64,000 nt of DNA from Candidatus Galligastranaerophilus intestinavium (GTDB lineage: Bacteria; Cyanobacteriota; Vampirovibrionia; Gastranaerophilales; Gastranaerophilaceae): contig DVJQ01000042.1 of assembly GCA_018716625.1 (NCBI GenBank), positions 61 to 64,060 of the forward strand, written 5' to 3'. The notes beneath the pieces were generated by a model. The model had not been told where the DNA came from, made no database searches, and was given only the letters and a program-made list of their open reading frames with translations. Position 1 is the first letter of the stretch, and every line of letters starts with the position of its first letter. The translations under genes and the position numbers were made by a program. Shown here one piece after another: positions 26,179-35,255 of the stretch.

Positions 26179-27043
26179 CAAAAAAATTCTTAATATATTT
26201 CTTTGTTTTTCACTTATAAGCTCAAGTGTTTCAGCTATGACACTGGAAGGGCTTAACTATCCCATGCCGCCTGCAAACAGGATGGGTGTGGGTCAAAATC
26301 CTGAGGCGCCTTTTAGCGAGGTAAAAACAGTAAATGAAGGAAAAACAATTACCTCAAAAACAGGTATAAAAGAGGCGGCTTATGATTCATCCTATGCCGA
26401 TTTAAGTTTAAAACGACTTGCAGAAGATGTTTCCTACGACTTAAACATTGAATCAACAGACCTGCTTGCAGATTTACAAGTTTTGTGGAATGCAGCAGCA
26501 CAAAGAAGCGAAACTATCAAATACACCATCTACAAGCTTTCAAATCCTGACGAGAATAAACCTGATGAAAATATATTAAAAAAAATCATTAAACCAATAG
26601 CCAGTTTTTCAACTCTGGCAGGGACAGCGCTCAGCTCAAACCCGTACATGGCTTCTGGTGCACTAATAGGAGGGGGGCTTTTGGGTGCACTTGTTAAAGA
26701 TGACAAGGAAATGAACTATAAATTTACAAAAGTAAATGATGCGGATATGGTTCTTTTGGTTAGAAAAATTGATGATTTGCAAAAAAAACTTCTTAATTTA
26801 TATATTGATTATTTAACAAAAAGAGAAGTTATGGCAATGACCCTTGACAATCTTGAAAAAAGGCGAGAAATTTATCAAAAATCACAAAAATTACCCAAGG
26901 AAGAGTTAATAATAGCAGACGTGTACTACAGAAACGCGCAAAATGCCGCAAAAAAAGCAGAATCGGAATTTTGGGCTTCTCGAATGATACTTGAAAATCT
27001 CGTTGGTGCTGAAGTTTTAGCACAAATTGAAGATAAAAAGTAA
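26165..27043 (+). CDS. hypothetical secreted coiled-coil protein (paralog B)
   Basis: ATG 26165 has GAGG 6 nt upstream and a signal peptide MLKINKKILNIFLCFSLISSSVSA. It is colinear in its similarity to 25300-26178. Confidence 0.6.
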   Translation: MLKINKKILNIFLCFSLISSSVSAMTLEGLNYPMPPANRMGVGQNPEAPFSEVKTVNEGKTITSKTGIKEAAYDSSYADLSLKRLAEDVSYDLNIESTDLLADLQVLWNAAAQRSETIKYTIYKLSNPDENKPDENILKKIIKPIASFSTLAGTALSSNPYMASGALIGGGLLGALVKDDKEMNYKFTKVNDADMVLLVRKIDDLQKKLLNLYIDYLTKREVMAMTLDNLEKRREIYQKSQKLPKEELIIADVYYRNAQNAAKKAESEFWASRMILENLVGAEVLAQIEDKK

Positions 27044-27391
27044 TTATTTTTTAACTTTAATTATCCACTTAACATTCAAATCAGAATTTTGAAAAATTTG
27101 ATTTAAGTCAGGTAAATTTTGGTAATAGGGAGAATTTGCAGCAAGTTCCTCAAAGCCCTGTGTATCAAGATTTTGTCCGCTGCACTCTTGCCAGCCCTCA
27201 GGTATTTTCTCACCATAAAACAAAATTATAGCCCCAACAGGCATAGTTTCACCGGTGCCTTCAATTACTTTTACCTCAGGCACAGGCTCTTTTGCTTTTT
27301 TTGTCATAGCAGGAGCCATAACAACTAGTGTTATTGAAATTAAAAGTATTACGATAAGCATTTCTGCAAGTGTAAAGGCATCTCTTTTCAT
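27044..27391 (-). CDS. prepilin-type N-terminal cleavage/methylation domain protein (pilin or pseudopilin-like)
   Basis: MKRDAFTLAEMLIVILLISITLVVMAP is a class III signal peptide with Glu at +5. Confidence 0.75.
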   Translation of the reverse strand: MKRDAFTLAEMLIVILLISITLVVMAPAMTKKAKEPVPEVKVIEGTGETMPVGAIILFYGEKIPEGWQECSGQNLDTQGFEELAANSPYYQNLPDLNQIFQNSDLNVKWIIKVKK

Positions 27392-27432
27392 AAAACCATT
27401 CTATCATTTTTACAATATTGTGCAATTAAAAA

Positions 27433-27909
27433 TCATTTATATAATTCTTTTGAACTATATGCCCTTATATACTCGAGTATTGCTCCCCCAATTTCTTCCG
27501 TAGGGTCAAAATGAGGGCTATTGGGATATAAAATTTGTCTAATCATCATCCTGTTAAGCGGTCCGTAAGCGTCAGGGACGAGTGTTTTTCTATATATTCC
27601 GCTTAGCATCACCTGAATATTTGGCGAGTTTGTATTATTAAACCTGCTAAGCGTTGGGTACAATTTATCAATTCCTTTGACATTGTTGTCAAGCATTCTG
27701 TTTAAAATATAAAGCAATTCCAGCACCACAGCTTCACAATTTGTGGTTTTTAATTTTTCTTCAATTTGCCCAAGAGCATTTTCACCCTCATTTACAATTT
27801 GAGATACTCTTTGCTCATCAAAAGTACAATAGTTTCTATTAGGATTTGCAAAGCACATGTTTTTTCCGATATTTTGTATTGAATATGCTACAACAGGATT
27901 AATCGACAT
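27433..27909 (-). CDS. hypothetical protein
   Basis: ORF in an operon with the two upstream genes; no motif recognised. Confidence 0.5.
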   Translation of the reverse strand: MSINPVVAYSIQNIGKNMCFANPNRNYCTFDEQRVSQIVNEGENALGQIEEKLKTTNCEAVVLELLYILNRMLDNNVKGIDKLYPTLSRFNNTNSPNIQVMLSGIYRKTLVPDAYGPLNRMMIRQILYPNSPHFDPTEEIGGAILEYIRAYSSKELYK

Positions 27910-27921
27910 GATAGCCCTTTC

Positions 27922-29451
27922 TTATGAATACACAAACGGCGGTCCGTTTTTAATCTCAAGCAATATATTATCCGCCATTACTTTTAGTTCTTCAGGCGCC
28001 TTTCCTTCTTTTCTTTTACGCTCAAATTCTTCTATTAGAGGTGCAATGGCACTTTCTTTTTTTGCTTTAAAGTTTTTTATTTCTACCTCAACTAATCTTT
28101 TTTGCAAATTCAGCTCCGTATTTGCATTTTCTTTCATAACTGCAACTTCTTTTAGAGCATCTGAGCCTTCTTGAGCTATATAACTCGCAGCACTAACACC
28201 TGCCATTGCAAAAAATAGATTTCTCAAAAACGGGTTATTATTGTGTATGAGCCAATTGTACAAATGTCCTCTTGTTTCATTAAGATAACAATAGAAAAAA
28301 GACTTTCCGCTTTCTGTGCTCATGCCGGTAGGTGCATTACCCCAAATGTTTTCGACGCTATTTGCAACACTTGAAGCTATTTCTTCAGCTTTATCTAAGT
28401 CAAAACCGGCTTTTTGTGCACATTCTTTTGCCATTTGTTTGTTCGCACCCATCTTTATGAGAGTATCTCTTAAAAGTCCTTCATCTTTTGTTTTATTTTT
28501 TATGATATCGTTTAAAATATTTTGTTTTTGAGTTTTAAAGTTATCAATAAAACCCTCTTGCAGTTTTGCACCGTCTTTAAAATTTTTAAAAGTTATAATT
28601 CCAAGCATTGCAGCACCAAAGAGCATTGCAGAAGAAATAAGTGCATAGGGTAAAATACTCTTTGATTTTTGTTTATTGTCTTGTATATCTTCTTTTGATG
28701 TAAAGTTAAAACGTTCGCTATATACGCTCTTAGCAGTATCAGCCTCGCTATTTGCATTTTTAAGTACTGTTTTAAAATACTCGCCCTTTTGACTCAACAT
28801 GTTTCTTTGGAGAGCAAGTTTCCCTGAGAAAGATTTTGTTTCAATATCAATTAAATGCTCTTGCAAATCTCGTTGAATGTCAGCTTCTTGTTTTTTTAAC
28901 CATATTTTTTTAATTCCTTCAACAAATTTTTTGGCACTTAGTGTAAGCGCACTGAAAGCAAAAATTGCAATTGCACTTAGTATATTTTGTCTGTTTGGAT
29001 CACGAAGTGCCATATATGTTGCAAAACCTGTTTCTTCAACTATATTCATGTTCATACCCATAGCAGGCAGTTGCTTTATAAACGGTTCGCTAAGATTTTT
29101 CTTTGCAGAATTTTTAAAGACAAGACTCAATAGCGCACTTATAACAAATATTGAACCGGTACTTGCAAAAAGCGGAAGCATTGCTTTTTTAACATCAAAA
29201 CCCTTGTTGTCGTTATGCTCACCATATGCAAAAGCGTCCATTCCCGTTTCTTTATCAGAGATTACAAGCGTATTAAATGTATCATCCAGACTTGTTGAAT
29301 AGTCGCTATTGTCTTTTATAAAATTATTTACAACAACTCCTTCAAGTGTTGCATTTTTTTGTTTTAACTGGTGATTTGTCAGATACCTAGAGTTTATATT
29401 ATTATAAGCTGGTGTCTGAGAGTTTATTTTGGATTGTGGCAATTTCTTCAT
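27922..29451 (-). CDS. hypothetical membrane protein (509 aa)
   Basis: It has several TM segments and coiled-coil stretches; no motif recognised. Confidence 0.55.
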   Translation of the reverse strand: MKKLPQSKINSQTPAYNNINSRYLTNHQLKQKNATLEGVVVNNFIKDNSDYSTSLDDTFNTLVISDKETGMDAFAYGEHNDNKGFDVKKAMLPLFASTGSIFVISALLSLVFKNSAKKNLSEPFIKQLPAMGMNMNIVEETGFATYMALRDPNRQNILSAIAIFAFSALTLSAKKFVEGIKKIWLKKQEADIQRDLQEHLIDIETKSFSGKLALQRNMLSQKGEYFKTVLKNANSEADTAKSVYSERFNFTSKEDIQDNKQKSKSILPYALISSAMLFGAAMLGIITFKNFKDGAKLQEGFIDNFKTQKQNILNDIIKNKTKDEGLLRDTLIKMGANKQMAKECAQKAGFDLDKAEEIASSVANSVENIWGNAPTGMSTESGKSFFYCYLNETRGHLYNWLIHNNNPFLRNLFFAMAGVSAASYIAQEGSDALKEVAVMKENANTELNLQKRLVEVEIKNFKAKKESAIAPLIEEFERKRKEGKAPEELKVMADNILLEIKNGPPFVYS

Positions 29452-30145
29452 CCTTTTTTCTTGGGGTTAATAACTTTCTGATGGCTTCTTTAAGATTTTC
29501 TATTTCAAAATTTTTAAATACACTCATTTCATCTCTTATTTTTTCATCTTCTTCAAATTCTTCATCAATACCAAAGATTGAGAAAAATCTTTTAAAGCGT
29601 TTTTTAAGCGATTTTATTGAATCTGAGATTTTCTTTTCTATGAAGTTTTGGATCTCACCTACAACTGCAGCTATTTTTTCTTGCACTTTTATAAGCTCTG
29701 TTTTTATGTTTTCAACAAAAGATGCAATATTTTTTACAGCTTCGGGTATATTTTTTATAATATTAACAAGTGGTTTTATTATATTATTCGAAATACCTTC
29801 AAACACTTTTGCTATGGGTTTTGGCAGGGCATTCTGAATATTATCAAGGACTTTTGTTGTAATTTCACTTAGTCCCGCTAATTGCTTTTGAAGCTTTGAT
29901 GCAAGTTCGGCATTTTTAAGCATTGCCTCTTGTGCTGCCTTATCCATTGCTTCCGCACGCTGCATTTGTTTCCACTGCGCATAGCATTCCTGATAAGTCA
30001 TCTCGCCGGGGCGCCTTGGCTCATCTGCCTTTTTTGTTGAACCACCTCCGCCCATACCGTTACATATAGGGCAAGCACCCAACGGAAGCCCATGTGGACA
30101 AGTGTTTGCGCGTGCATTATTAACTTGTGGAGAGTAGCCACTCAT
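29402..30145 (-). CDS. hypothetical protein with an N-terminal Cys motif and a long coiled coil
   Basis: ATG 30145 is preceded by SD AAGGAA. It carries a CPHGLPLGACPICNG zinc-knuckle-like motif. The track start at 30223 is unlikely. Confidence 0.5.
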   Translation of the reverse strand: MSGYSPQVNNARANTCPHGLPLGACPICNGMGGGGSTKKADEPRRPGEMTYQECYAQWKQMQRAEAMDKAAQEAMLKNAELASKLQKQLAGLSEITTKVLDNIQNALPKPIAKVFEGISNNIIKPLVNIIKNIPEAVKNIASFVENIKTELIKVQEKIAAVVGEIQNFIEKKISDSIKSLKKRFKRFFSIFGIDEEFEEDEKIRDEMSVFKNFEIENLKEAIRKLLTPRKKDEEIATIQNKLSDTSL

Positions 30146-30350
30146 AAAAATTCCTTGTGTAAATACACCGCAACACAAGGAAACCCGTATTCCTCTTAAT
30201 CGGTTTCCGCGATATTGAGGCATATAAGTTTTCCGACTTTACGGCTGCGGCCCAGTTAAGGATTTTCACCTTATTTCCTTTTTGTAACGTTATAGTATCA
30301 TCAACTGATATCTGCGTCAAACAAATATATATTTAAGTTAAAATATATTT

Positions 30351-31142
30351 ATGAAATGTGTTATTGTAATTCCTATATATAAAAAACATCCGGACAATTG
30401 CGAAATTCTATCTCTAAAGCGTTGTGCAGAAGTTTTTAAAAGTCGCGACATAACCTTTGTTTGCCCAAAAAGCCTTGAGATTCAACTTTATTTAGATATA
30501 TTTCAAAACAATAAAATCGAGTTTTTGCGTTTTGATGATTATAACTTTAACTCAATAAGCTCTTATTCAAGGCTTTTACTAAACGCAGAGTTTTATGAAA
30601 AATTTTTAAATTGGGATTATATGCTGATTTACCAACCGGACGCTTGGGTTTTTAAAGACGAGCTTGACTATTGGACTAATATGAATTATTCCTACATTGG
30701 CGCCCCTTGGTTTTGTGGTGAAAATATGCTTGAGCTTGCAGGCAACGGCGGATTTTCATTGAGAAAAATTAAAGACATGATTAGCCTTTTAGAGGCAGAC
30801 AAATTTATATTTTTTACGCCTTTTGAATTCGCAAAATTTCACTACAAAAAAACAGGGCTATTTTATTTTTTAAAATTTGTATATAAATATTTTAAACATA
30901 TATTTTTAAGGGAAAAATTTTACCAAAATACACCACTAAACGAGGATTATGCAATTGTAAAATATGCCAAGCATTTTGATAATGGATTTAAGGTTGCTCC
31001 AGCTAAAGTTGCAGCTAAATTTTCCTTTGAAGTACATCCTGAGCTGTTATATGAGCTAAACAACAAAAGACTGCCATTTGGATGTCACGCATATTTAAAA
31101 TATAACCCCGAGTTTTGGAAGAAACATATTATAAGTAATTAA
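30351..31142 (+). CDS. DUF5672-like (glycosyltransferase-like) protein
   Basis: IGAPWF...GNGGFSLRK matches my recollection of DUF5672. Unverified. Confidence 0.45.
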   Translation: MKCVIVIPIYKKHPDNCEILSLKRCAEVFKSRDITFVCPKSLEIQLYLDIFQNNKIEFLRFDDYNFNSISSYSRLLLNAEFYEKFLNWDYMLIYQPDAWVFKDELDYWTNMNYSYIGAPWFCGENMLELAGNGGFSLRKIKDMISLLEADKFIFFTPFEFAKFHYKKTGLFYFLKFVYKYFKHIFLREKFYQNTPLNEDYAIVKYAKHFDNGFKVAPAKVAAKFSFEVHPELLYELNNKRLPFGCHAYLKYNPEFWKKHIISN

Positions 31143-31148
31143 TAAATT

Positions 31149-32057
31149 TTACTTTTGAACTTTTCTAAGAACCACTATTTCTTGCGAAGCAATTCCTAAT
31201 GGTTTATTTTTTACAATAGTATTTTCAAACTCGGTAATTATATTCAAAAATTCAGGATTTTTCATCATCTTGCAATATAATTTGCTAAACTGAAAAAGTT
31301 CTTCCGGACTAACATAACCATAACCTAAACTATTCACATGTAAAAAATTAAACGGTATTTGCTCCACTATCTCAACTTTATACATATTGTTTTCCATTAA
31401 AGAACATGCTTCTTGAAGCTCTTGTTTTGTAACGGATGCAACAAAATCACCATTTGTGGAAAATCTGCCACGCTCATTTTTGTCTGTAGAATATTTGTTT
31501 AAATTTTCACCGCAATATATATTGAATAAAACCAGTCCGTTTGGTTTTACAACTCTGACTTGCTCTTTTAAAAACAAATCCCACTGTATAAAATGTATCA
31601 TTGCATCCAATGAAACTATTTTATCAAAACTGTTATCATCAAAGGGGAGCTTTTCGCAATTTCCAACAACTGTATTAATATTGAGCTCACCTTTATTAAT
31701 ATCAATTCGACTTAACATGTCAGTTGAAATATCAATTGCAACAACTTCATTTCCTTGCTCTGCAATTGCAAATGATAATCTGCCAGTTCCGGCACCAACA
31801 TCGAGAACCTTATCTCCTTTGTCTATATACTGCAAAAAATATCTTTTTGTTACACTTTCAAAAAATGGAATTTCGACATTCTTTGCGTAATACTCACCAA
31901 CTCCGTCATGATTCCAAGCACTGTACTTATAATTGTTAACAGCTTCAATTTCTACAGGTTCCCATGGGCTAAACATTTTATCTTTTGGTTCTTCAACAAC
32001 ATTTGTTGCAACCTCTTTATTTTTCTTAAATGACTTAATTAAACTCCTAATACCCAC
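31149..32057 (-). CDS. class I SAM-dependent methyltransferase
   Basis: Motif I is VLDVGAGTGRLS, post-I is VVAIDIS, and DKIVSLD follows. Confidence 0.8.
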   Translation of the reverse strand: MGIRSLIKSFKKNKEVATNVVEEPKDKMFSPWEPVEIEAVNNYKYSAWNHDGVGEYYAKNVEIPFFESVTKRYFLQYIDKGDKVLDVGAGTGRLSFAIAEQGNEVVAIDISTDMLSRIDINKGELNINTVVGNCEKLPFDDNSFDKIVSLDAMIHFIQWDLFLKEQVRVVKPNGLVLFNIYCGENLNKYSTDKNERGRFSTNGDFVASVTKQELQEACSLMENNMYKVEIVEQIPFNFLHVNSLGYGYVSPEELFQFSKLYCKMMKNPEFLNIITEFENTIVKNKPLGIASQEIVVLRKVQK

Positions 32058-32088
32058 TTATCCCCCTTACTTAAATATATAAATTACT

Positions 32089-32174
32089 TGCCGGTGGCCG
32101 GAGTCGAACCGGCACGTGGGGTGAACCACACCAGATTTTGAGTCTGGCACGTCTACCAATTTCATCACACCGGC
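32089..32174 (-). tRNA. tRNA-Leu (anticodon CAA), class II with a long variable arm
   Basis: Minus strand: GCCGGTG TG ATGAAATTGGTAGAC... CCAGA CTCAAAA TCTGG, variable arm, GCCGG TTCGACT CCGGC CACCGGC A. Confidence 0.9.
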
Positions 32175-32301
32175 AGGTAAAATTCAATTATTAACTTGTC
32201 AATCTGTCGAATGTGATGAAATTGGTCTACATATTTTCTAAAACATGCTCCGCCTGTTTTGTCATCACAATGACTTATGAAATAATAATATCAGAAAAAA
32301 A

Positions 32302-33753
32302 TTATTTTTCCAATTCTTTTTTTATAATTTCATTTAACAATTTTGGGTTTGCTCTGCCTTTTGTTTCTTTCATTGCTTGACCTACAAAGAACCCAAAGAG
32401 TTTATCCCTGCCGCCTTTGTACGCTGCGACCTGTTCAGGATTTGCCTCAATAATCTTTCTTGCGACCGCTTCAAGCTCAGAAGTATCAGAAAGCACGCTC
32501 AAGCCTTTTTTCTCAACAAGTTGTTGCGCATCCTCACCTGTTTTCAGGATTTCAATAATAAGTTGTTTTGCAATATTATTTGAAATTGTGCCTTTATCAA
32601 GCAGAGCAAGCAACTTTGCAAAATTATCCACGCTAAGTTTCGTTTCATTAATTGAAACTTTTTCTTCTTTTAAATATGCTGCAATCTCTCCCGATAGGAA
32701 ATTAGAAGCCACCTTAGGATTTACACCTGCCTTGAGCGCTTCATCAAAGAATAGGGCAGTATCCATTTGATTAACAAGTACATTAGCGTCGTACTCACTA
32801 AGCCCAAGCCCTACATATCTTTCAACTTTTTGTGTCGGTAACTCCGGCATGGTTTTTCTTATTTGCTCAATCCACTCTCTGCTAATTTCAAGTGGCATTA
32901 AGTCGGGTTCGGGAAAATATCTGTAATCATGTGCATCTTCCTTACCGCGCATAGAAGATGTTGTACCGCTGTTGTCATCCCAAAGTCTGGTTTCTTGAAC
33001 AACTTCGCCACCTTCCTCAATAATTTCCGTTTGCCTTGCAAATTCATATTCTATTGCTCTTTGCAGCGCCCTAAAGCTGTTTACGTTCTTTATTTCAGCC
33101 CTTGTGCCAAATTCTTTTTGTCCTTTTAGTCTAACGGAAATATTAGCGTCAGCTCTCATTGAGCCTTCTTCCAAGTTACCGTCACAGACACCTATATACC
33201 TTAAAATATTTCTCAATTGCTCAACATATTCTCTTGCTTCATCAGATGAGCGCATATCAGGCTCGGAAACAATTTCAAGAAGCGGAGTCCCTGCTCTGTT
33301 TAAATCAACTAAAGAATATGATGACCCGTAAAGACCTGCAGCACCCGCATGGACAAGCTTGCCTGCATCTTCTTCCAAGTGAGCACGAGTTATACCGATT
33401 TTTTTATTGGAAATTTGTACCCAACCACCAAGACATATAGGCTCATCAAACTGTGAAATTTGATATCCCTTTGGTAAATCAGGGTAAAAGTATTGTTTTC
33501 TGTCAAACTTGCATCTTTTTGGGATTTGCGAATTTAGTGCAAGGCCTGTTAATATACCCATTCTTACTGCTTCTTTGTTTAAAACAGGTAATACACCGGG
33601 CATGCCAAGGGTAATGGCAGATGTTTGCGTATTGGGCTCTTTTCCAAATTGAGCTCCATCCGGCGCAAATATTTTTGTATTGGTCTTTAGTTGGGCATGT
33701 ACCTCAAGACCTATAACCATTTCATATTTTTCTTTCATATCCTCAAGCGACAT
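32302..33753 (-). CDS. gatB: Asp/Glu-tRNA amidotransferase subunit B
   Basis: YEMVIGLEVHAQL...DLNRAGTPLLEIVSEPD...RADANISV, plus a C-terminal YqeY-like tail. ATG 33753 follows SD AAGGAGAT. Confidence 0.95.
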   Translation of the reverse strand: MSLEDMKEKYEMVIGLEVHAQLKTNTKIFAPDGAQFGKEPNTQTSAITLGMPGVLPVLNKEAVRMGILTGLALNSQIPKRCKFDRKQYFYPDLPKGYQISQFDEPICLGGWVQISNKKIGITRAHLEEDAGKLVHAGAAGLYGSSYSLVDLNRAGTPLLEIVSEPDMRSSDEAREYVEQLRNILRYIGVCDGNLEEGSMRADANISVRLKGQKEFGTRAEIKNVNSFRALQRAIEYEFARQTEIIEEGGEVVQETRLWDDNSGTTSSMRGKEDAHDYRYFPEPDLMPLEISREWIEQIRKTMPELPTQKVERYVGLGLSEYDANVLVNQMDTALFFDEALKAGVNPKVASNFLSGEIAAYLKEEKVSINETKLSVDNFAKLLALLDKGTISNNIAKQLIIEILKTGEDAQQLVEKKGLSVLSDTSELEAVARKIIEANPEQVAAYKGGRDKLFGFFVGQAMKETKGRANPKLLNEIIKKELEK

Positions 33754-33896
33754 ATTATCTCCTTGCTTCAAGTTTTTTTATTAATATATCACAAAAATTT
33801 TCATAAAAAAGTTAATAATTCTTAATATTATTTATAAAATAGGCACATTATTTTTGTTATTTGAGTTTATTAATATATGGAAGTGGAGTGCAAGTT

Positions 33897-34667
33897 ATGA
33901 GTTATCCTGTATATAATCAACAACAGTATATGCCTCAAATGGTTCCTGCAGCATCTTGCGGGGCTGTTTCAATAAATATCATGAACCCGACCGTAGGCTA
34001 TACAAATCCGATGACGCAACAACAATATCCAAATGGCATTTATCAATATCCGCAGGCAAGTTACTATAGTCAACAGCCCATGCAAATGCCGTACCCTATA
34101 AATTATAACAATAACGTTAACAATAATTCGCTTAACGCAGTAGGTGACGATAAAAATCAAGTTCCAACACCACCTGCGCCTAATGCAACAAATAATGAGG
34201 TAAAAAATACCCAAGAGCAAAAAGAGCCCGAAAAAAAGGAAGAAACCAAAGAAAAAATTCCTCTAACCGATGATTACATAAAGTCGTTGGAAAATTATCT
34301 GAATTCTCAAGACCCAAAAATAAGGTTAATGGCGGCAAAAGATGTACTTGAAAGGTTTAAAGAAGATTCTGCAAGAAAAAATGATAAGGCTCTAACGGCG
34401 CTTTTAAACAAAACCTTACAAGACCCAAACTCTGCCGTCCGATTTTTAGCACTTGCAACTCTTGATGCAGGTTATGCAAAAGGGGATGAGCTGACAATTA
34501 AATTATTAAATAACATTAAAAATGATACACAAAGAGAACATGGTGAAGACTCACGCTTGGCTTCACAAATATTACTGAGATTAAGCGCAGGTGATAAGGT
34601 TAAATTTGTTCCGCAAGATTCACAAGACGTAAAAACAGCTGACAGTGAGTCCAAGGAGGTTGTATAA
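33897..34667 (+). CDS. hypothetical protein with a Q/P/Y-rich N-terminus and a HEAT-like C-terminal region
   Basis: ATG 33897 has GGAG 8 nt upstream. It shares motifs (VSINI..P, LNSQDPKIRLMAAKD) with 35256-36383. Confidence 0.55.
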   Translation: MSYPVYNQQQYMPQMVPAASCGAVSINIMNPTVGYTNPMTQQQYPNGIYQYPQASYYSQQPMQMPYPINYNNNVNNNSLNAVGDDKNQVPTPPAPNATNNEVKNTQEQKEPEKKEETKEKIPLTDDYIKSLENYLNSQDPKIRLMAAKDVLERFKEDSARKNDKALTALLNKTLQDPNSAVRFLALATLDAGYAKGDELTIKLLNNIKNDTQREHGEDSRLASQILLRLSAGDKVKFVPQDSQDVKTADSESKEVV

Positions 34668-35119
34668 TGTCCGGCAGATTATTAAACGTTGCCACAAAGA
34701 CAGCTGCTGTTCTTGCAACAGCAGCAACAGCGTATGATGTTCACACTTTGGGCACAAGACAGGCCAAAATCAAAAGAGAAAGCAATTATGCGGATGACTT
34801 TATTGCGCAGCAGATAGGTGCTTCAAAATTAAACTATCCCAGCGAAAAACACAGCGCCATGAAAGATTGGATTATGGGTTTTAAATATCCGCTGCAAATT
34901 TCAGAAGTTGCAAATACTGTTACAGGTTACGTAACAGGAGCCATAAAGGGCATAGGATATAATTTTGCCACTTTGGGCTTTTCAGCACTTACGTTTTTTG
35001 CAAAGTCTGACACAATGAAAAAAGCAGGTTTATTTGGACTTGGTTTATCTGTGGCATGGGATTTTATAAAAAACAGTACGAATATTTTCGAACGTACGGA
35101 TTATTTACGAAGGAAATAA
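34667..35119 (+). CDS. hypothetical protein (150 aa, hydrophobic segments)
   Basis: The start overlaps the upstream stop (TAATG). Confidence 0.5.
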   Translation: MSGRLLNVATKTAAVLATAATAYDVHTLGTRQAKIKRESNYADDFIAQQIGASKLNYPSEKHSAMKDWIMGFKYPLQISEVANTVTGYVTGAIKGIGYNFATLGFSALTFFAKSDTMKKAGLFGLGLSVAWDFIKNSTNIFERTDYLRRK

Positions 35120-35255
35120 TTTATTGCTACACTATAGCGTGTATTTAAAGGATTAATTTACAAAACTTAATAAAATCAAAAAATTTAGCAATTTATTTTT
35201 ATCACAAGATTTGTAGAAGCAGTTAAAGAATATCTATTTAAAAGGAGATTTATAT

